From Pelomyxa schiedti (Eukaryota; Protista; Evosea), in contig JAHLWZ010000423.1 of the NCBI GenBank assembly GCA_020536535.1, forward strand, positions 186,001 through 250,000: a stretch of DNA of 64,000 nt, in the 5' to 3' direction. The notes under the pieces were generated by a model. The model was given only the letters and a program-made list of their open reading frames with translations. It searched no databases and was not told the DNA's origin. The translations under genes and the position numbers were made by a program. This document shows, in pieces, positions 11,401 to 25,980 of the stretch (its first letter is position 1; each line of letters starts with the position of its first letter).

Positions 11401-14400
11401 CACTTGAGTGAAGATTCTCTTCTACGTCATTTGGTCCACCAGTGGCAGATACTTGTGATAGTTCGGTTGTATCTTGGATTTCTGGAATCGGGGTAGTTTC
11501 CCTCATATCGGGAACTTCCAGGTTATGGAAGTCATCTGTTGCCTCTGGGACTTCAGTTGTATCCGGTACTTCTGGGATGGGAGAAGTATCTCGTGCATCG
11601 GGAACTACCAAACCAAGTGGATTATTTTCATTTGTATTGGGCACTTCTTGTGCGTTGGGAGTATTTGATGTATCTTCTGGATTGTTCAGGCACATATCCA
11701 CAATTTCTGGACTACCAGTATTTACTAAAGGCTCGCTAGAAAATACTGTTTCACAGTTCTCATTCTGTGCGTTTTCATTGTCACGTGGCTCTGGCTCTTG
11801 TTGAAAGTCAAATTCTTCCAGAATTTGGTCTACTTCCACTGGTCCTATGTTACTGTCTCCATACTCCACGTCATGAAAATGCGATGGGAGTTCCTTGGCA
11901 AATTCCTTGCTTGTGCTTTTGTTTGCTATCATATTTTCATTTTCTATGACCTCAACAACCTCAAGTTGCTCTCTTACAGAAGCTTCAGTCGGGGGTTGAG
12001 GGTGGTCTTCTTTGGTGATCTGTTTACTTGAGGCACTTGGCTCCTCGAATGATGGTGTTTCCTTCGTCCTCAAGCCACTTTCAGAACTTTTAACGCCTTT
12101 AATGCCAGCCCTTTCAGTTTCTGCACAGCCACGAGGAATCTTTTCTGCGGTACTGTTTATCTCATTTACATTCACAGAGGCTGCTGCCTCGTGCTGGTCG
12201 TGCTGGTTTGTCAAGAACGTCTAGAGGGAAAATTAGGTAAGTTACTGAATCGGAGTACCTTTTCCAGCCGATCCAAAAGAAGTATTCTGCGAAAATATGT
12301 ATCAGCCAGAAGGTTTGCCTTGTCTCTTTCCAATTGATAACTTGAGGAGACAAGTGCTAGTTTTAGGGACTGTGAAAAAGGTGAACAGATGGAAATTGAC
12401 TAAGGCGTACGTTAGAGGGTTGCGCAGAGTCAGAATGCTCAAGAGTTTGCAGATAGGCACGGGCTTGTTGTAAAAGGTTTTGTTCTGTCAGTTGCATGCT
12501 ACTCGGAAGCACAGTACCATAAGCAACTTGGCCTTGTGTCAACTGGCACACTGAATGTAAGGAAACTTCTTAAATATGTGTTTACATTTGATATGAAAGT
12601 TTTAGCCCATTCAATTTCAGTCTCACGCTCAAAGTGTGTTTCTGGAGTAGGAATTAATGTTCCTCCCTGAGCGGTGTTTTCAGCACGCAATTGTATAGAA
12701 GTCTGGGGCTCAAGGCCAAAACTGAAACAGTAAGTAAGGATTTCAAGTTTTTCGATTTGAGCGACGAACGTTGTTTGAGAGCTGCTATCATGTGATTTCA
12801 AATTTCTTGCAGCTGTATTCACTCCTGGCTCGGGGGGGCGATATTGACTGAGTTGAAAGTCTGGTAAAGCTATTTTGTCCTTTTCTACTTGCAATTTGGA
12901 GCAATCGCGGTCTTCGGGCAAATAGCTTTGTTCATTTTGTAAAACCTCCGGAGGTTTTATCTGGGGAATAACGGGAATAGTGTATGAAACATCCTCATTC
13001 AATCCTGGTGTAGATTGCTGAACGCGCTTTGGAGGTTCAAGGATCTTGGTTTTGCTCTCCAGTTTAATTGTAGGGACAGTATTGGTAGGGAGAGGGGACT
13101 GCTCTGCAGGAGGACTACTAGTAACGGAACTTGAAAGAGCAGCAAATACATTTATTGGAGTGGAGAGTGAACTTTCCCCTGAACTGGGGGCTTCTGTATT
13201 TCTATTTTGGAAAACAGTACTGGACTGTGGCATGGCTTCTGAGGGTCCTCTTTGCCGCTGCAGTGCCCGAATTTCATCTTCAATAAGTTTTTGGGTAAGT
13301 GCTTGATTTTGAAGGACACTATTTAACGCCGTAGACTCCACCATTTGTGAGACATGAAAAGCGTGAGTACTAGAAAGTACGGAAATCTGGTGTTCGTCAT
13401 GTCTTCAATTTGAATTATTAAGAGGAGATGTACTTGTTTCAGTGCTTCCTCACATAATTTTATATGGTCCACATCTGAGGGCCACAGAGAACCGGCAGAA
13501 GGCGGAGGAATGTTATTGTGGTTTGGATGTACTTGAGGTTGTGCGTGTTCGGTAGTTACATTCCTGCTATGACATTTGCCAACGACAGTGTGAACGGGCC
13601 TTTCTGTGTAGTGGGAACAATGTACGTGTGGGTGCCTGTGATGATGTGAAACCATCTTTCTGGAATGTTTTCTCTGTGAGGTCATGACTTCTCGTTCGCA
13701 TGTCCGTTGGGAGAGGGTTGCTTCTACCAGCTTGGATGGGGATGATAATTCTGTTGATTCCTCAAGGGTGGGCTCTTCGAGGGGTTGAGTATCCCCTGCA
13801 TGCACTACTCCAGTATTGGATACTAGGAGCGGAATGATGCTGTATGGGTCGGCTAGGTGTGAGCTGTAGGAAGGCACATCAATTTGTTTTGCGGTTCGTT
13901 TTTTGTTGTATCGTCTCCATGCCCTTTGAATTATAACGGCTGCTCTCCATTCGATTTGGAGGGATGACCAAGTGAACTTTGGGCTTGAAGGTAATTGTTT
14001 GTTACTTGGGAGAAGGGGTTGAGCTTTGGTCGAAGAATGACTCACTTCACAAGTATCCTTAATTGGGTTAATTCTTTCATTTAGTTTGAGCTCGTCACAC
14101 AGAGGTCTAGGAGCGGTGCACAGCGGTACTACATTTGCTGACCAAGGAGGCCAAGGTGGTAAAGGAAGCGGGAGTGGCCCATTAGATTTTCGTGCTTCGA
14201 AACTGGGATTTGTTGGAGGCTGCGAAGGGGTTTTAGGATCAAGTCGAGGGCGATGAACTGTGGCCTCAGGTGGATATTTTTGGGACTTGTGGTTTGAACT
14301 GGGTTGACTGGTTTGCTGGACACCATTGGCAGATACACCCTCTGAATTAGGACCAGTGTAACTGTTTCAGTTATTTAGAACTTGTTCATATTAGTATGTT

Positions 14401-15290
14401 AACAACCTATCAGGCAATGGGGTTGATCGCAGATACTTAAGTCGTTTCTTTGCAATAAACTCCTGTAGCAGTCAAATGACGGTCATATCACTGAAAAGCA
14501 AAACCTGAATTTTTTTTTGTTCCTCAGCTGTTCGAGGTTTTCTCTTAGAGACTTCAGCTGAACTGGAATCCACCACTCCAGGTTTCACTTTTGGATGATC
14601 AAACACTGGAACAGGAGGTTTGTGGTGATAAGCAGGACTTTCATTGGGATCAGGGTTTGAAGGCAGTTTTTTCTTAGTATTTGATCCATCACAAACTGGG
14701 GGATACTGTGTAACAGCATCCACACAGGTTGTGAAAACCAAATTTGGCACCTATGCACAACTATTAAGCAATAACCAGCAGTGTGTCACAAACAGATTGT
14801 TGTAAGCAAGTGACAGACACGTGGAAGCCACATTGATTGTTGTCACTTCCTTGCTGTGCATTTCTAGCATCCAGTCCATTGGAAGACTTAGTTCCAGTAG
14901 GCTTTCTGGCACCAGAAAAAGGAAAAACAAAAAAAAAAAAAAAAAAAAAAAAAAAAACGAAATCAATAACAGTAGGATGGAACTAGAAAATGCAAAGCAC
15001 AATTACTTTGGCAGTGGAGCAGACTCGGGTACAGGAATATCGACTGAATCCCAAACGTCGAATTTCTTTGTTGTAACACTAGCGGCAGTGTGTGCTGTTA
15101 ATTCGGTAGTCGTATGGTGGTGGTGATGGTTACAGTGACACTGCTGTTGGTGTTGGTGTTGATGTTGATGGTGATGTAGATGTGCCGCTGGAGATCTAGA
15201 TCTATGCCCGCTGCGGCGCCGTGCCTCTTGTTCAATTTCTTCTTGGTGCCGTGTGAAGTGATACGCCGGTTGGTCGCCGTTGTCTCTCAT
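8428..15290 (-). CDS. Large multi-exon low-complexity protein with an IQ motif and a CEP350/DUF4378-like C-terminus (putative centrosomal protein)
   Basis: IQ-like AAVIIQRAWRRY at ~13930 and a 780-aa acidic disordered exon (9872-12214). The C-terminal EKTVSHLADKVLLFLVDDTISIL resembles the CEP350 terminal helix. All exons are on the - strand; the single-gene assumption was not fully traced. Confidence 0.5.
11465..11610 (-). repeat. Degenerate internal coding repeat (VPDARDTSPIPEVPDTTE / VPDMRETTPIPEIQDTTE)
   Basis: Two diverged copies within ORF 9872-12214. Confidence 0.6.
14929..14957. repeat. 29-nt poly(A) tract (poly-T in a probable intron of the minus-strand gene)
   Basis: Directly visible homopolymer. 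Confidence 0.9.
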
Positions 15291-15511
15291 GGTTGACACC
15301 CAGTCGAATTAATTGGAAATTACCGGAACCACAATTTAGGTTGGCGTGTGAGGCAACCGGTTTAATTTGGGGCTCGGGAGGCACCAACTCAACAAGGCAC
15401 TTTGCAAGCTGTAAAAGGATGAGAAAGCACTTTTAATAATGAGGCCATAGGCCGTTGAAATTTCACAGTGTTTGTCTGGACCTCTGATTTCCAGTTTTTC
15501 TTTTTCTTTTT

Positions 15512-17199
15512 TTAAAAATTTGTACAGCTGCCCACAAACTGACAAAGGCCAAGGGCCACCACATCAACATTGAGGCTGTTTGTACTCTGGCAGTGTATAC
15601 ATCCACAAAGAGGGGTGTGTGGTGGGCCTGAGGGTGGTGCAACAAGCAGTGCTTTTTTGAGCTGTGGGTGTGAGTTTTTTAGATAACAGATTGACACTTT
15701 GGCACCATATCCAGCTGTTGTGGAACTACTGAAGGCTGTAACGCCAATCGTTGTGTATCCTGTGAGTGTGTTTAGTTGAAGGCGATTTTATATTTTGTGT
15801 TTGGGTTTGCGGTCAGGTTTAGGTTGTAAAATAAACCTGAGGAATATAGCATACCCTTGTCCAGAAATTTCGCTCTCGAGAAAAGAAAGCCGGGAGAAGA
15901 AGTGGTTAAAGTTTTGATGAGTCCGGACCAAAGTAAGTTGATGTTTTCCGTTGACATTGTCCATCTTGTAAACCTTACAATGATACTTAAGTCTAGCCAC
16001 TAGAGTTAGAATTTCCTCGATACAGGGAATTGTACCACTCGGTATTTGTTGGTAGAATGGCATTAGCGACTTCACTTGGTGTGTCTGCGTTTGGGTTTGG
16101 GTTTGGGTTTGAGATTGTGATGCTGATTGTGAAGGTGCCTTGTGTGTTGGAGGCCGCTTCCGTGAAGATTCTTCCTGAGTTTTGTGATATTGTTGCATTT
16201 CAGATATTGTTTGTAGACATTTTAAGAGGTCTAGTTGTGTATTAGGTGCGCGTTGCTTTGGCTGTTCCGATTTTGTTTGATGATGTCTGTTATGCCGGGT
16301 GGGTAGCTGCTTCTTCGACTTTGGTGTTGGAGAAGGTGAGTGATTATCCACCATACTCCGGTTCCCTGGGCCGTGGGTTGTTTCTGTGCAAGGATTGGGT
16401 GACTGTGTGTCTGTTGGAGGGCTAACTGATGCCGGGGTGTGATCTGGAGTGGTTGTATTTGAATGGGGTGTTAAAATACATTGTGGGGTTTTTGGAGAAG
16501 CCGTTTGGGTTGGTGGGGCCTCAAGAGAAGAGTGCTTGGTGCTGGATGCATTCTTTGTGGGTTTTCTGTGACTATTGCCAATAATTTTAAATGACGCCGA
16601 GGTCAACAAACCACAAGGAAGGCTGTCCACAACCAATTGCAAGTCAGAACCAATGTGACTACAGGAGTAGATAAGTAATTGTCGAGGATGGGTGGTGGGC
16701 ACATACGTGACTGAGGAATTGCATCTACATCGGCACTGAGAAAATTCGAAAAACTCCTTCCCATCTGATGATATAGTAGGTCCTTTTGGTGCAGCAATAT
16801 GGACGAGTTTCTTCCCAGGAGAACAATGCATACACGTGGCAACTGTAACAGTTCATAAGTTTGCTCAAGGTTTATCAGGATATCAAACGTTACCACGGTC
16901 GGTGTTGCAAATACAGCACTTGGCGTCCGTTCCAGCAGCCCAAATTTGAGCATCAGTTGGACATCCACACACCTGTCTCCACCCTGGTGGGGCCACAATG
17001 TGCACCTTAACAGCAAGTCATTTTTAAAAAAGAACTTGGGAAGATATACAAAATAAGATACATAGCCTCAAATGAAACTCGCATTACGCCACGAAATGAA
17101 AAAAAAAAAGAGAAAAAATAAAATAAAAAGAATAGGAATGCACACCGCAAAACGCGTTCGTTTGGCGATGGCCCGACAGGAAACAGCCAACTCCCACAT
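15512..17199 (-). CDS. Hypothetical protein (Ser/Thr/Pro-rich middle); boundaries uncertain
   Basis: Overlapping minus-strand ORFs 16603-17016, 15788-16831 and 15512-15697. Candidate ATG at 17199. No family recognised. Confidence 0.4.
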
Positions 17200-17568
17200 C
17201 TCTAAAAGAATAGTGTCAGGAAATCAAATCCTCTCTTAAAGTGATGAGACACACCTCGCTGCTCAAACTTTTTCGTTTTATTAACTTTCCTTTGCACTGA
17301 ACTGAACGTTCGGTTTCTCCTATTTATTGACGTTTTTTTTTCTCCCCGTGCCTACACCTGGCCCTGTGGGAAAAACGGGGGAAAACAATGCAGCAGACTG
17401 TATGTCCTCTTTCTGTGAGAGCTTCTCTTCTTTTAATTACGGACCTTCAAAGATCTGCATTCACAAACAAACAACCGAACGAAACCTCCAATGGACAGGA
17501 ACCTGGCTTTTCGCGCGAATGTTTGCCCACCTTTTTCGTCTGGGGTTCCGGAAAAATTGATGATCACG

Positions 17569-19529
17569 ATGGCCGACCTTGGAGACGAAACGGCAGCTGG
17601 CTGCAGCGAAGAGAAAAGCAGCCTCGCAGCACCGCCGGTGCCGAGCTTCCGCGCCAAGCTCGAAGACGTGTCGGACGCCGTGATCGAGTATCTGCTGGGG
17701 TCGTACTGCGCCGTGTCGGACATCGCGCGGTTCTCGCGCACGTGCCGCCGGTTCGCGCGCTTGGTCGGGCTCCCGGACCGCGAGTCGTCGCTGTGGCCCC
17801 GCGTCGCGTCGCGGTACCTGCGGGTCCCCGTGCGCCTGCTCGCCTCGGCCTCCCGCGACGACCTCGAGTCTCTGCGGCGGTCTTGCGGCTGCCCGGCCTG
17901 CGCCGCCCCGCCTGGTGGTACCCAACGCGCCAGTGCCGAGACGCCGTCGTGTGGCGGAGCAACGCCAGTCAGCAGTGCCGAGGCCAATCTCGGTGCCAGT
18001 CTAGACGACGGAGACAGTGAAAGCAGTAACGGCGATGGCGATGATGGTCACGACGACGACTACGACGGCGACAGGGGACACGACGGCGGAGACGTGCGCG
18101 TGCGAGTTACTTTCAGCAGCGACAGTGAAAATGGCAGTGGCAGTGAAAGTGACGACGGAGACGAAGATGTGGTGGCCGAGGGGGGCCGCGCAACCCCGGA
18201 TTGTGGGACCAAGGGCGGTTGGGGCTGTGGGCTGTGGGAGCTGTTGGGGGGGCACGAGGCTCGCGACTTGGTTCGGGAGTTTGTGACTCTTCCAAGGAAG
18301 CCTCGTGCTGCTTCGATGATGCATTGTGATGAGGTTCTGTGGGCCGAGTTCAGCCCCTGTGGCACTTATCTGGCAACCGCTTCCAGAGACAGGATGCTTT
18401 TCTTGTTTAAGACTGAGTCCATCGTCAATGCGTGCAACTCCTCCGGCGTTTCTCAAGGAGGGGTCCATCAGGAGGGTGCACTTGTGAACCCGTGTTCTGT
18501 GTGGAGAGCAGGTTTCGACAATGCAAAGGTGTCCTGGAGCAGGTATGCTTCCTCCACACGGATTTCCTGCAGCTTATGGTATCCATGAACTCAAAGCGAC
18601 TCCAAATTCTTGGTTGTGGACGAAGCAACGAATCATGGCACATATGTTCGGCAGACTTCTTCTTCTGTTGTTTTTGAAGTCTCTGATGGAGCCTTGATAC
18701 ACAAAGCCATTCTTCCTGGCGGCCACGTATCAATTCTTTATTCTGAGGTTTTGGTTTCTTTCCCCTAAAATCAAGTCCAGTTCTATTCCTATGCGTGGTG
18801 GATCGATGCTGGTGTGGTTGTATACCGGACATCACCATCTCAAGTTGTGATAAAGGACCTGATCCACAATACCTCACACAGTGCTACTTTTAAATTGCCA
18901 CCCATGGTTTCGCTTCTGACACTTCCAGTGCCACAAAACCAAGGAACTTACAGAAGCGTGATTGCAACTTTGAGTGGCCGTTCTATGTTTTCCGATGTTT
19001 GGTTTTACAAGCTGAATGAAGACCGGTCGAAATATGAGGTTTTAAACCTTCTCTTCCAAAAGAATTTGGACTTGATTCCCGTTCTCCCAAAAAACAAACA
19101 AACAACAAAACAAAGATTTGTTGGAAAGCAAGGCACTACCCCAGTGTCATTGTTGGATATCACATATCACCCTGTGGGAAGTACATGATAACAGCGACGA
19201 GACTTGACACAGCACAAGACCAAGTTCACGTGTACTTGTGGTCTCTGGAACACCGTGCCGTGGTTCGGCTGTATGAATCGCACGGCCTCGCCACCATTTC
19301 ACCCTTCACGTCCACGTTCATCCTCATGCCATGCTTTGTCAACAAGGGGCTGCGATACATCGCACTCCCTGACGAGGAAGGAAATCTCAGGCTGTGGAAC
19401 ACATTTTCTGGAAGCCTGGTGTGCCAAGCCAAGGCTCACACGAACTTGATCAGCCTCGTGGCATCGCACCCCACAGTTTGCTTGATGGTCACTGTCAGCG
19501 ATGACATGAAGGTCCAGTTCTGGATGTGA
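17569..19529 (+). CDS. F-box / WD40-repeat protein (FBXW5-like architecture)
   Basis: F-box LEDVSDAVIEYLLGSY...DIARFSRTCRRF...LW. WD repeats HCDEVLWAEFSPCGTYLATASRD and AHTNLISLVASHP...VTVSDDMKVQFW. Confidence 0.8.
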
Positions 19530-19588
19530 TGTGTGCACTTATGATACGAAAAAAAAAATAGAAGTGGAAGGGTAAAGATTCTATTGTT

Positions 19589-22585
<2,997 letters not shown>

Positions 22586-23013
22586 CTGCGTCTGGATCTC
22601 GTCCTCTCTGCTGACTCGCTGGACTTTTTTTTTTTGCTTTTTATTCGCGTTTAGTGAATCGCAAGCAAAGGCCATTTTTGTTTCTGACAGTTGCCAAGGG
22701 ATCTTAGACACCAGTACTAACTACAGGTGTTGTCTCAGGGGCAGGAAGCTGATCTTGGTAGATTCCCTTCCAGGGTCTGTGATTCCTCAGTGAACAAACT
22801 GTTCTCGTTTTTCGTACTCTTCCATCATTTTTCCAATAAGGTTCTTCCTTTCCACTACGGCTCTACCCCGAACGGATCCCAATCGGTCCATTTGCACAAT
22901 CGAACTTCGATTATTTACCAACAAATCAACACAATAACACCCCGGACTACCACTCCCACCCCACCGTACTCCCAACCAACAAAGCAAACAACATACCACA
23001 CCCACCCACAATT

Positions 23014-23962
23014 ATGTCTATACGGTCGTGCACGTCGTGTATAAGCAGTCGCCGGCTAAGATCCCTCGCACTGCCAGTGGCCCTTCTCCTCAGTGCGGTT
23101 GCGATAGTTAGTGTCCAAGGACAGCCGGCGAGCACGTGCTGCAGCTCTCTGAGGGAGAAGGAGCACATTGGTAGGTATTGTGGGCTGGATAGGGACGTCA
23201 CTACGTGTGGGTACAAGTACAACACAATGTGTCATGAGTGGAACGACCACGGCCAACACATAAACACTGCCACCAAAGTCGATCTCGTGTGTACAACCTT
23301 TTTTTTCTTTCTTCGTTTTTCGTTTCCATTTTAATTTTTTTTTCCCCCAGGCAGTTGAAACCATGATTAATGACGATGGGGAGGATTGCCTGAGGGCTTG
23401 GCTGACATGGGAATGCTCCTTGTGGTGCGTAACGTGCACAGAAGGCGATGATGGAGCGTGGACATACCATGGCGCCTGCAGCAAGTTTGTTTCCCAAGCA
23501 AAACCTCCTTTTTAAAATGTATTACATTTGTATGGCTGTATGTATATATGTTAATTTGTATTTTAATTCCAGATAGTTAAACGCAGCCCCTACCACACCA
23601 ATCAAAATCCCACTTACACCACTATCTTTCAGCCTATGTGATGACTTCAAGAGCAAGTGCCCAACATTGGTCACTAACCCGGACTATGGTTCTATTTTCA
23701 CTTGCAACAGTTCACTCTACAACTCAGACCTGGCAACATGCAACAAAGTCAAATACTGGGGTCAGTTCTCTTCTTCCTTTGTGTCATTTAAATAACCATG
23801 TAAACAGACAACACACAGAACAACCTTGGGTGGGGCCTGATGTCAGCAACTGTGTTCACGCTGGCTGGAATAATCGTAGCTGGATTCATATGGGAACTCT
23901 GGGGATACAACATGTATCAAAGATACCTTGACAAGAAAGTAACAACACAGCTTGGCCACTAA
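23014..23962 (+). CDS. Type I membrane protein with a Cys-rich extracellular domain (Frizzled-CRD/folate-receptor-like spacing)
   Basis: Signal-like LALPVALLLSAVAIVSVQG. Cys pattern CLRAWLTWECSLWCVTC...GACS..LCDDFKSKC. C-terminal TM LMSATVFTLAGIIVAGFIW. Stop at 23960-23962. Confidence 0.6.
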
Positions 23963-24107
23963 AACAACGAATTTTTAAACTTTTTTTTTGTTGCTTTGCC
24001 AAGAAAGAAAAAAGGTGTAAGGGGAGTGAGTTTTCTCCACTCCCAATAAGGACTTTCTTTCACTTGAGTCTCTCCCGCAATAAAGCTACTAACCAGAAAG
24101 CCCCCAC

Positions 24108-25765
24108 TTACCTACGGCCGCCTCTTCCTCTTCCTCCACCACCTCTCCCTCCTCGCCGTACTCCCCCACTGTGACCACCTCCTCTCCTGCCTCCTCCCAT
24201 TCTTCCTCCTCCCCCCATTCTCCTTCCCCCACCTCCCATCCTCCTTCCGCCGCCCCCCATTCTCCTTCCCCCGCCGCCCATTCTTCCCCCTCGGCCCCCC
24301 CTTGCTCCACCCTTGGTCTTGCCAAGAAGAGAGCCCCAGGTCTCTTTCTTTTCAGTTGCGGGAATTCTAGCTGAGACTTTCAAGTTTAATGCCGACGACT
24401 GCGGCGGCGGAGACACTGACGGAGGTGGCGGAGATGCGGCCGGTGGAGGAATGTTTTCCCAAGCCAGGATAGATGTCACACACTTTTTCTCGCCGTTCCC
24501 CTCTGCTGCCGGTTTGGTAGTGGCTTCAGGTTTCTTTGTGGTAAATGTAGTACTGGCGGTTAGACCGCCACCTTGCCGTAGTCCAACTCCACCTATTCTT
24601 CCCAGTCCACCTCCACCCATTCTTCCCCGGCCACCTGCTCCCATTCTTCCCATGCCACCCCCACTTCTTTGTGGTTGCGACCGCATGCCGCCACCAGAAG
24701 GGCTCCCTCGAGCAAAGCTGGAGCCAGATCCACCAAAGGAACCTCCCCCGGAACGAGTGGAGTTCAGAGAACCCCACTCTTCAGGAACTTCTTCAAGTGG
24801 TTGATGGGAATCACTTGGGGTCGGTTTAGGTTGCGGTGCCTTTGGAGGCAGTACACCTGCCGCTTGCTTTCGTGCCATAGCAGTGAAAATGTCGGTATTC
24901 TCCTCTTTACCTGTGCCCACTAATTTAGCGCTCATGGCAGCGCCACTCCCTACACTGTTGGTACTTGCCGGGGCATTCTTTGTAAGTTTACCGAGAAGGT
25001 GCTCAGCCATGTTATTCATAACAGGTTGTCCACTACGTGTTTTCTGGTTGAGCTTTCTGGTAACTTCTTGCCGTTGCTTAATATTTTGCTTGACCTGAGC
25101 TTCATGCTCCTCCTTTTCTAAGCGCTCCTCAAACTTCTCTCTCAGTTCATGAGCGTGCTGTGCATGGTATTTGCGTAGTGACCAAGGCAGATGTGCAGCA
25201 TTTTTCATGTCTTCCTTTTTTTGTGCGTCATCTGTGCTTTCCTCTGGCTCATCGGCGGCAGGTTTCTCCAGCGCAAGCGCGAGAGCAACCGGATCAACTT
25301 TGACTGGAACAGCTGGGGACTTTGTTTGCGACACAGTTTGCCGTGCCTTCTTGGCTGGTGGTTGACCATTTACTGGAGCAGCTTCTTTGGGTGGCGTCTT
25401 CTTATCTGCGGGTTCGTCAGCATTTTCCGGGGTGTCCCATGTCGCCTCATCGAGGGAAATTTTTCCAGAGAAGAACTGTCAATACGTTAAAGCTAGTGGG
25501 TGTATGTTTTTAATAGTAAAACCTTGTCGTAAAACCCGTCAGACGAAGCGTTAGTGGCAGCGTACTTGCCCTTGTACTTCTCGTAGATCCGCTTGGTCGC
25601 TCCCTCCACGTCCTCTTGTCTTTGTTTTCCTGTTGTTGTTTCGATAAACAGAAAAACTCGGGTGAGTGGCAGTCCGGGCAATTAATAAAAAGATTGTCAT
25701 TGACATGTACCTATGGACTTGTACTCGTTGCGGCGGCGACCTTCCTTGCGTTGCGGGGTCCACAT
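24108..25765 (-). CDS. Fyv7/TAP26(CCDC59)-like rRNA-processing protein with an extended RGG-rich C-terminus
   Basis: Family motif RKLNQKTRSGQPVMNNMAEHLLGKL after a coiled coil. GRRMGGG/RGG repeats at 24110-24310. ATG at 25765 (MWTPQRKEGRRRNEYKS). Confidence 0.7.
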
Positions 25766-25980
25766 ATTCGTAGGTCAATTAAAATGCGATAGGCAACTGC
25801 ACTTTAAGCCGAATCTTTTTCCTGTTTTCTGTGTGAGGCTGAACCTGTTCCACTCGGTGCCAGCACTTCTCGAGGAGGTTCCTATAGTAGCGACTGAGAT
25901 CCCCCCAGAGTCCACCGGAGGGCAAATTTAATTGTGGAAAGTCTTTCAGTTGATCTGCTTAGTGAAATTGGGGCGTCGGA

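Noticed and set aside
17388-18468. Many long overlapping alternative-frame and antisense ORFs over GC-rich exons (also at 4086-4920, 24089-24804, 56665-57435)
   Set aside because: Shadow ORFs caused by stop-codon scarcity in GC-rich or low-complexity coding sequence.
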